A stretch of 64,000 bases of DNA, counting the filler, from Streblomastix strix (Eukaryota): NCBI GenBank assembly GCA_008636045.1. It is 3 parts of 3 records of this genome, joined end to end, with 100 filler letters (N's around TTAATTAATTAA, not from the genome) between each part and the next. Parts side by side here need not be neighbours in the genome. Positions count along the whole stretch, not along the records: positions 42,781 to 64,000 come from SNRW01000389.1; 2 more parts are not named here. One strand, given 5' to 3'. Made by a program: the position numbers and the translations under genes. Below, in pieces: positions 54,419 to 64,000 of this stretch. The notes under the pieces are model-generated. The model was not told the DNA's origin. It ran no database searches and was given only the letters and a program-made list of their open reading frames with translations. Position 1 is the stretch's first letter. The number at the start of each line of letters is the position of its first letter.

Positions 54419-54482
54419 GTTTTATTTGAAGCAAAAATAAACTAATCATATGCAGTAAGTTAAAGTTTGAATTGAATTATTT

Positions 54483-54856
54483 TCAAAAATCTTCTTCACC
54501 AACTTCTTGAACCCCTAGATGAGATCCCATTGCCCTATCTATATTTCTTGAGATATTCGGATGAAGTCTTATGAATCTATTTTTTTGAATTGAATATCTT
54601 ACTCTAGGTTCATCAATGAAATTCCCTATATCATTTCTAAAATTTATCATGTTTGTCACTCCATCTTAACCATTATTTCCATATATTAAATCTAAGCCAC
54701 TTGACGCAACTTATAGACCTTTACTTACTATAGGTGGTGCAAGTGTGTCGATATATGGCTTAAGGGGTTTATATATACGTTAACCAACCCAGTTAGCTCC
54801 TTATCCAATTTTTTGTGCTATCTATTTGATTTTATGAAAGATTCCTGCAATTTCAT
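54483..54856 (-). pseudogene. Small viral protein with an N-terminal amphipathic helix
   Basis: IAGIFHKIKQIAQKIGQGANWVG; 1-nt frame offset after the ATG. Confidence 0.45.
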
Positions 54857-54879
54857 TTACAAAAAATAATCATCTTTAG

Positions 54880-56447
54880 ATGGTAATTCATATTAAGTTC
54901 GCTTTAGCTAAAACCAGATTTGTTCAAACGAAATAAGACCCACTTAGATAATAATTGACAAACTTATCAGCTTTTAATTATGATGATATATGAATATGCC
55001 AGCGAGCAGGATTATCTGTATCAGCCACCATGAGATAAGCAGATGGAATATCTTGTATTGGATCAGTGTTGAAATCATATAATATCATAAAAGGAAACAA
55101 TAATGTCTTTTTTCGGATCAATTGATTCACTCATACTAAGTACATACTATTTAGTATCAATAAACCCTTTCTATCTCAAATGCATATTGAACATGACTAA
55201 TTTATTAGCTGTATCATCAATAATATAGATCTTAAATACATCTAAGTCATATAGGGTATAGGCTAATGCAAGTGATTTGTCTCTTAACACTTCTGCTACT
55301 GTATATTATGGAAATACTGATTTGATTCTTATGGTTATGGATCAATTAAATAACTTCCACTAAAGTCACATAAATCCATAGGATAAAACCCAGATCCCTA
55401 ATTCATAACAACATCTGGAGTGTCATTTCCATTAAATTATATCATACCAGCGAATCAGGTAAATGAGGTCTTTATTGGGAAGAATTTAGGTAGTCTAGGT
55501 TGTAAATCAGAATCTGTTGTTTTAAATACTTTGAATACATTATTTACATGTTAACTACTAACTTTAGCTTGGAAATTAAATGTACATATTGTACCTTCTT
55601 TATCAAAATATGCAGCTCTTAGAGGACCGAATGTATTATTATTCACTAATTTAGTATTGTTATTGAAATAATTAGATAGTGAAACAGGTTAACTTGGGTC
55701 ATATGGTTGAACTTCATCACCTATTGCCTCCGTCTATTTTTACACAACATCTTATACCCATGACATTGATTTCATTCCATTATTGATTGAATTGACATGC
55801 CAATCATCTACAATATTTATCTTTCCATCAACATTAACATCATTAGTTGCTCTCTTAAATGGTTCATAATCCGTATAATAAACACCAGCAATTGCAATAT
55901 GAGTGTAACCTTTAATTGAAGTAACTTAATCAACGCTTCCAATTGACACCCCTAAATAAAATCCTTTTTCACTAATATACCTTATTACATTCTGTTTATG
56001 ACCAACATCGTCTCCTAATACTAATGCGTGTTTGCTAAATGGGCACAATTCTTCAAGAAAGTTAGTGAACACAAAACCCATGAAATCATTGCTTAGATAC
56101 AGTCCAATGTTATATACTACTTTGTTTCTCAACTTATAGAGATAGAAATATTCATCAGCAGGATTTTACATTTATACATTAGCTGCTAATTAACTCTTAG
56201 GAATTTTAAATATTTGAACTTATGGTATTTCAATAGGTACATTAGGTTATGGAATTGGTTATACATTTAATTTACCATCATTATCTTTCACTTTATCCTG
56301 AAGATATTGTGGTCCAACAATGATTTGATTAGTTATTCCATCAACAATCGGTTTAGGATCACGCTCATGAATATAAACATATAATTCCGGGAATTCTGAT
56401 AGTCCTGCGGCATCTAATAACGCTTCATCTATGTATACATTGCTCAT
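54880..56447 (-). pseudogene. Viral hypothetical protein, possibly a minor virion component
   Basis: Long TAR-readthrough frame from MSNVYIDEALL; disrupted near the C-terminus. Confidence 0.5.
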
Positions 56448-56499
56448 TTTATAGTTCAAAAATAAACATCTTTAGATGCAAATATGAATAAGCTTATTA

Positions 56500-59154
56500 T
56501 CAAAACATCCAACTAAATTATAAGCCAACATCATCATTAACACTCCAAGCTTCTGTTGAATCAGTAATTATTCGAATATCTCTATATGAGTGTACACATG
56601 TTAATGTCTTTCGCTTCGTTGCCAATTAAATTGGATATGTAGTGCTTGGAGGTGTTGGAGGAGATATGCCAGTACTAGAATTTCCAATACTGCAAATAGT
56701 AGTACCTGTTGAGGTACAGAATTAAGTTTTTGGTATAATTTCCATCATTAAACTATAAAAATTACCTATTCGAACAAGTTTTAAATAATTGAATGTAATA
56801 TTTGAATGTAAATTATGTATTAAATTTATAATATCTTCAACTTGCACTCCTCCAAATGATGATATTAATTGATCCCAACCACCTGCTAGAAGAACTGATG
56901 TATCATCTTTACCTGCTTTCACAAAGCCTGGAGCAGTAACCTTTGCATTGAATGTCTTAGCTCCAGTTACTGATTGAGTTGTATTTGTTGCAACAACATT
57001 CGTTAGTTTAGCGTCAACTACAGACATAGTCAAATATGTATTAGCTACAGGATCTTATGTTTCATCCTGATAATCAAATAGACTAACATATTTTAATCTT
57101 CCTGTTATTGTTTATTGAATTGAACCATCAAATCTTACAAATTTATTATTTGTTTCAGTTTGTGAAAAAGTCTATGTTTTTGTGTAATAATTTGATAAAT
57201 CAGTTGGAGTACCAGCGAATTCAGATATTGGTTTTGTTCCACCTGCTCCGAGTAAAACTACAGTATCATCCGCACCTGATTAGATAAAAGATGACCCTGT
57301 TACTGTTGACATTCCATCAATTGAACTTATGAATCTACAAGCATTATTGAAAGTCTTATTTGTTGTTATTGTCTAAGAAATACCTAAGGTCATATAACTA
57401 CTTAAATCAACATCACCTGTTTCAATCTAAGATATCAATTGATCAGTTTCTATTTTGGTATATGTTGTTGATTAATTTGCTTTATCATTTAGGAGATTAT
57501 CTGTCTCACCCTTAGTGTATGAATCAATCACTTATGTCTTATCCGCTTTCGCAAATAGAAGTTTGTCATCTTCTCCTTTTATGTAGGAAACTCCATTATT
57601 TGCTTTATTATTTAATAAGCTATCTGTCTCACCTTTAGTGTATGATTCTATCAGTTGAGTCTTATCTGCCTTCAATAATAAGAGCGCATCATCCTCTGAT
57701 TTGGAATAGACTTCATCTCTGGCATAAGTTTCACTTTTGGTGTACGAATCAATTAATTGAGTCTTATCAGCTTTAACTAATAAGAGTGCATCATCATCGT
57801 TTTTTGTATATGAAACTCCAGTATCTGCTTTATTATTTAATAAGTTATCTGTATCACCCTTAGTGTATGAATCAATCAGATGTGTCTTGTCCGCTTTCAA
57901 TAGCAACAAAGCATCATCCTCTAATTTGAAATATGAAGCACTTTAAATATCTGCAATTGATCTAACTCCTCCGCCTGCACAAACAACATTTGAATTGTCA
58001 TATGTTTAAACCATGATTCCAACTGAATGTATTGTTGTATTGAATGTCTTTCATCCACTACTACTTTGATCATAATCTGTATCTACAAAATTTTTATTTT
58101 TCGCTGGGGTTAGTACATTTCCGTCAATTGATATATCAGTTATTGCATTTCCTCCTCCAGTAGCTGCTCCTAGTGTTGTAACAACATTACTCATATCAGG
58201 TAATTCAGTTTCTAGCACTTTTAAGTCTGTTCTATCCCACCAATAATCTGTTACCTCATTATCAACAATATATAAATTATCTCCAATTACTAATTTTGCT
58301 ACATTATCGTGAACAGCCATCCAGTCATTCAACTCTTCTTATGTTGAGAATACATACGCTTTTGACTTCCCAGTAGCAATATTTCTTACTTCCTATAATT
58401 ATGGTTGTGTTACTAATGAACTTATTAACATATCTCCTCCACCTGCAAGAAGAATATATGCATCATTTTTACTCTGTTTTGATATGCTGGAAACACTAAT
58501 AACACCGAATTATTTTGTACCACTAATTGTTTAAGCAGAAGTTAAATCAACATAATTCGTTAAATCTGCAACGTTAGCTTTCAATAATAATAGAGCATCA
58601 TCTTCTGTCTAGGAATATGAGTCAATTAATTCAGTTTTATCAGCTTTCAGTAACAATAGAACATCATCTTCTGTCTTGGAATAACTATCCACAATATCAA
58701 CAACATTAGCTTTCAACAATAAGAGTGCATCATCTTCTGTCTTGGAATAAGTGTCAGATTTATCAGCTTTCAACAATAAGAGTGCATCATCTTCTGTCTT
58801 AGAATATGAATCAATTAGTTCAGATTTATCAGCTTTCAAGAGTAAAAGTGCATCATCTTCTGTCTTAGAATATGAATCAATTAGTTCAGATTTATCAGCT
58901 TTCAAGAGTAAAAGTGCATCATCTTCTGTCTTAGAATATGAATCAATTAGTTCAGATTTATCAGCTTTCAATAATAGCATTTCATCCAACTGTTCTTGAT
59001 CATATGATGCAGGTGCATTTTGTAAAATAATAACTTGTGAATTAATGTTTTGAACTTATTCAACTAATCTAACCTTATTGTATCTACTATTTCCAAATAA
59101 TGTTTCATCATGAATTTAAATAGTATCCATTACATGTGCTTCACTTTGTGCCAT
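56500..59154 (-). CDS. Fiber/tail-fiber-like repeat protein
   Basis: 21-aa repeats DSYSKTEDDALLLLKADKSELI (63-bp tandem repeat at ~58590-58980, second block ~57480-57930), plus repeated Q(T/S)ITGxKTF and VLLxGG modules; one internal TGA at 58051. Confidence 0.7.
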
Positions 59155-59959
59155 TTATTCAAAAATAAACAACTCAACTGCTGATCAAATTTTATTTAAA
59201 CTGCTAATAATCCCTACGACACTGTTTACATCACTCTTGATGATATCTAGCTTAAGTCTAAAATAGAAGTAATTTTTCTTACTTTCTGCAGACATAATTT
59301 ATGAGTATTTCTTAATAAATTGACTTTATTTTCATCTAATGCGTGAATATTTACATTTTCAATACGAATATCAGTTAATGTAATAGTACCATCATTCATG
59401 AATCTAGTGCAGCATGTACTAACATCTTCATTCAATTGAACTTATTATTCATTAACATCAAATGTATATGCAACAACTCGAATGAGTTATGGTACGGATA
59501 AAATGAAATGAGCTGATTCTTTTAACATATGTTCATCCTCATTAATTATGTCCAATAACCATTTACAGACTGATGAATCCGCAATTAATTTATTTTCAAA
59601 TATTGTGCTTCTTCTTCGCGTGGATTGTTACGGAGAGTCAATAGATGTTTATTACTTTTTTCAAATGGTGAATCATCTTCTATAATTGTTGGAATTGATG
59701 TCTGTCTTGGGAATATAATTTACGTCATTTTGTCTGAACAAAAATAAAATAACATATATTCTCAATTAAACATAGATAAATAATCAGATTATTCTTTCTT
59801 AGGCTATTCTTTTTCATTACCTTTTACAAATCCGTTTATTACATCAAATGCACTGGCTATCAAAAAGAGATTAGCTGTCTCAACTAATGTTATGATTATT
59901 AATGAAGTACTGACTATAATTTCAAATATTATTTTCAATTAGATAAAAAAAATAAAAAT

Positions 59960-60277
59960 ATGTCAATTAGCATTCGGTATGATCTTTTATTCTATGTCAG
60001 TTTCTAAGTATTCTAACAGAAAGCCCATATCATCTTCTTTAAAATTATGATCAGATAATAATTTCATTAACTGCTTTTGAACAGTGTTATTTCTACTGTA
60101 AATTTACGCTTTCTTTTGTGCATATCTTCTCTTTGTTGCTAACTATTGCTTTCGTATTGCCTCCATTCTATCTTCATCATTGAAGTATTTCTTTGATCTT
60201 CCGACTGATCTCTTTTCAATTTATTATTCAACCTATTCACTTTGATTTTCATTGTTAATCTCGATTGTTGTCTCCAT
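59960..60277 (-). CDS. Small basic viral protein (GRSKKY, AT-hook-like)
   Basis: METTIEINNENQSEQVEQQIEKRSVGRSKKYFNDEDR... Confidence 0.4.
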
Positions 60278-60329
60278 TTTTGTTTAAGTAAAAAAAAAGA
60301 ATTCACAATTTTAATCTAAAGTATTATTT

Positions 60330-62120
60330 ATATTCATTATCTAATTCGTTTATATTTTTTGCCACTAATTTTGTGAAGAATATTGGTAATACTACTGTTT
60401 ATAAATCACTATATGGGTTCAATAACTCAACTTTAACATTTCCATTAACATACTCCATAAATATACCAATATTTTTGAAATTGCGTTTAATTTTATCAAA
60501 TTAGTGTTTTGTCTTAGCGGTATCAATATGTAATAGTAAAATGTTACCCTTTTGATATTGTTTTAGACCATATTAATTTTGTAATATAATTATATCATTT
60601 AATTATTATTATTATTAGTGATAGATGTATTAACCTTCTATTCGCTTATCATTTTAAACTTATATTGGACTATACTTATTTTAGTAAGCAATGTGCTGTG
60701 TATGATTATATAAATCTACAGTTTATTGCATAAATTATTCATTTGAAAGTTCGTAAATGTTATTACCGAATGCGTTTCTTACTGTTCGAAATACTCTGTC
60801 AATTATTCTATTATGATTAGTGAATTTATTGCCTGTGAAGAATATATTTATGTTGTTTTCTTTATAGAAATCATTTAGTAATTTTGAAGCATAAGACTTC
60901 TCACCATCTCCTCTGATATCATCAATCTAGACAACTGATATGAGTTATTTGAGACCATCAAGGATTGGAATTTATGATTTCGATTTCACTGGAATTACTA
61001 CTAGTTATTTATTGTTTACATTAATAGCGAATAGATATTGTTTAATTTCAACATTCTTTTTCATTATGAATACTTAGTCAATTTCCCAAGAATTGTAGTT
61101 GGGCGAGAAGTATGGTCTTTCAAATTTCGCTAGTGGTTTGAGTTAATAATCATGAAGTTCTAGAGTACTACTTTAAGGATAAATATCAAATTAGTTCTTA
61201 ATTTTATATGATGATATATCATAGTAATTAGCTTTACGAATAACTTCATACTTTGATTTGAATGGAAATTGCTTTTATGCTATTACTTGGAATAAATTAT
61301 CTTTCGCTAACTTTTTTGATTTCTTTGGCTTATGTTGTAAAGGATACATTTTCTATGGATGTAGCTCGGAGTATTATAAGATGTATCAGTCATATCATTA
61401 ACTAAGAGATTAGTCGACAAAGTTAACAGTTTATGCTATTTAATACAATACTTTGAACTTCTTTTAATTGAACTTATGATTCAGAAAACTGGTATAAAAT
61501 GATTGTTTTGAATTAACATTTTTTTATTAAAGCATTGCATTTATTTTTGTATTTGGATCTATATCATTATCTAAATTGAATTACTCCTATTCACTAACTA
61601 TATCCATTACCTACTACTTTAATTTATTAAGTTCATTAATAGAGAGAATTTACTAGGCTTGTTTTTTAGCTTTCGGTTTCAAAGGTTAGAAAGTCGGAGT
61701 ATTCAATAACTGTTAATTAATTCTAATAGGCTAATATACTTAAATTTATGGAAAAATTGATTAAGGTGTTTCCTCTAACTAAGGTTTTTCTTTAATTGTT
61801 CCATATCTTGCTTAAGCAATATATTAATCAGTTTACTCCTATGCAATGATAAATTTATACAAGTTAGGATTTTCAACCTCAGCCCAACTCTTATATTTAT
61901 CCCATAATTTATTATAATCATCATTTGTTAGGTGAGAAGTATAATAATATCCATTTTGAATTAGTCTGTTATCTGAATACTTATCTAATAATTTCTTCTT
62001 CTATGTCTTTGTTAGAGTAACATTATTCGTGTTATCAAAATTATATAAATAGTAATAAGCTAGTGCATAAGAATCTATTTTTTTCTATTGATCAAGTTAT
62101 TGTTACTGTCTTAATATCAT
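60330..62120 (-). pseudogene. Retroviral-type (rve) integrase of a Maverick/Polinton, with a long N-terminal region
   Basis: RPYFSPNYNSWEID, YLFAINVN, IRGDGEKSY and HNRIIDRVFRTVR form a DD(D) core at ~60770-61120. Confidence 0.8.
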
Positions 62121-62149
62121 TTAATTTATAATAAGTAAGCAAAAATAAA

Positions 62150-62507
62150 AGACTTAATTCATCAAATTGTGTTATCTTTTGAATCTATTGATATTTACTG
62201 CTACTCTATAATCAGATGTAGTATAAAGATAAACAATTTATGTTCCAGTCTTCCTTTATACATTAATATCTAATATCCTATAATCAATGATAGTATGCAA
62301 GTAAAACCTATCTGTTTGCTAACTAAAGTAGTAACGTTCAAAATGATAAGTTTCACACTAATTTGTATAATTTTGAATTTGAATAGCGTCATCAGGGAGT
62401 TGACAGACAAAATCATATTTAAGTTCTATAAATATTGGACGTCTATATCCATAATTATTATGTGATTTTAGTGTAATGGATTAAGTCTGAGTTTCTGTCT
62501 ATGCCAT
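62150..62507 (-). CDS. Small protein paralogous to the C-terminal domain of the adjacent HNH protein
   Basis: FVCQLPDDAIQI...FERYYFSQQTDRFY...INRFKR vs YVDEVPDDVITI...FEFYSYSQETDKFY...INKFKR. Confidence 0.6.
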
Positions 62508-62567
62508 TTATAATATGGATAAAAAAGTAAAAAAAATAATTATATCTAGTTTCTTCATTTATTATTT

Positions 62568-63161
62568 TCAATTTATTATGTTATATAGTCTTTTGAATTT
62601 GTTAATGTATATATTTATTTTATCATTATTTGAATCATAAGCACATACAAATAACATTCCACTTCGTTTTGCCTCATTAATATGTAACATTCTATATTTT
62701 AAACCATTAAAGTAATAAAATTTGTCAGTTTCCTAACTATAGGAATAGAATTCAAACTAATGTAATCCATAATCATTAATGGTAATAACGTCATCAGGAA
62801 CTTCATCAACATATTCATAAATTATATCTTTATTATGTTTCGATTTATTTTTACAATTGTCACTTGCTGAAACAAACCTTAAATTACTTAAACTGTTATT
62901 TAACTTATTTTAATGCTTATGATCAATTTATGTCTTAGTAATTGGGTCATCATTTGCAACAAATTGTTCTGCAATAATTTTATGAAGATCACACATTTAT
63001 TCACCAAGCCTTCCACGCAAATAACCACTATTAGTTTTACCGAATTTAGGAATAAATCCATCTTCTTTTCTCCGTATAATCCATGGCTCGGATACTGAAA
63101 TCTCAAAATCATTATTAGCTTTAAGAGTAACGAATTCTGTTTCAGTTTATGTTTCCGACAT
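62568..63161 (-). CDS. HNH endonuclease (HNH_3/NUMOD4-like)
   Basis: SGYLR..LHKIIAEQFV..IDHKHQNKLNNSLSNLRFVSASDN. Confidence 0.8.
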
Positions 63162-64000
63162 TTTCATCAATGATAAAAAATAAAAATAATATCTATCTTA
63201 CTTTTTTATTCATTTGCATAATTTTGATTCACAAGCGAATTTGATTCCAGCCTCATAGATTGCTTTCCATATTGCATGCCAATCAATATGTAATGATTCA
63301 AGTGCTTCAATTGCTATCGTTATATTTGCAGTAATTGGTTCAAAGAGAGTCATTTCATTAATGCAGAAAATAAACTAATCAATCATCCATATTGTCAAGT
63401 AGATCTTCTAATTATTGCTAATAATTATATCTAATTTCATCATATTCCATTAATGCGTTATGCAATCTGTTATAACTAGTGTTATTACAATTAATCAAAT
63501 ATATTTCATTTTATACACTATTTTTAAGTATTCCTCTCATATCAATGAATGTGTTAGCACTGTTGTCAATAACTTTAATGTCACCGAAGGGGTTATTTAT
63601 TTAATTAGCATTTATGCCGCAAACTTTGTTGGTATTAGTATGATTTGGTTTTCGATTGAAGTTAAAGTTATTAGAAAATTACTATTTATTAATATTTTCA
63701 TATTGTTAGTCTTTCTTTTTCATTAATTCTTCAATCCTTTTATTGTTTGCATCAACACATATTATTATTTCTTTCTTAATTATTCAATTTTTCATTATTA
63801 TTCAACTTAAACAATGAAATAATTTGGTTTCATTCTGCAATTGTGTTTTATCCAGTCATTAAATACAATTAATATGGAATATTAGGTTTAATTTCTTCAT
63901 CTTCATTATTATCATTATCATCTTAACTTTCTTATTCATAAAATTATATTCCTTCTTTATTTATATTATTTATATTATTTATATTATTTATATTATTATT

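Larger units (their letters stand above)
49100..64000 (-). mobile_element. Maverick/Polinton-like endogenous DNA virus; degenerate, termini and pPolB not seen
   Basis: Compact, intronless, mostly co-oriented ORFs, including a packaging ATPase, an rve integrase, a capsid-sized ORF, a fiber-like repeat protein and an HNH nuclease. Confidence 0.8.

Overview
AT-rich, intron-containing eukaryotic (protist) DNA that uses a non-standard code. TAA/TAG encode Gln at conserved positions of RPS24, PBDC1 and a viral ATPase, and TGA ends genes, so the supplied ORF track is badly fragmented. The code and repeat content resemble an oxymonad such as Streblomastix (inference only). Host genes: two paralogous ARM-like orphan genes, an LCAT/PLA2G15-like lipase, a U-box gene, an ~11.7 kb DDB1-like gene, cornichon, PBDC1, RPS24 and a TPR-SET methyltransferase. 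Mobile DNA: three DIRS-type tyrosine-recombinase retrotransposons (two with complete ITR+ICR ends), two MITEs with target-site duplications, and a degenerate Maverick/Polinton-like endogenous virus from ~49 kb to the window end. The strongest signal is at least 11 in-frame TGA codons inside four host genes, nine of them in two long frameshift-free ORFs and two at positions where DDB1 homologs carry Arg. This suggests TGA may be a context-dependent sense codon (Arg or Trp), so that all three stop codons would have sense meanings. Two N-gaps carry an artificial TTAATTAATTAA linker.
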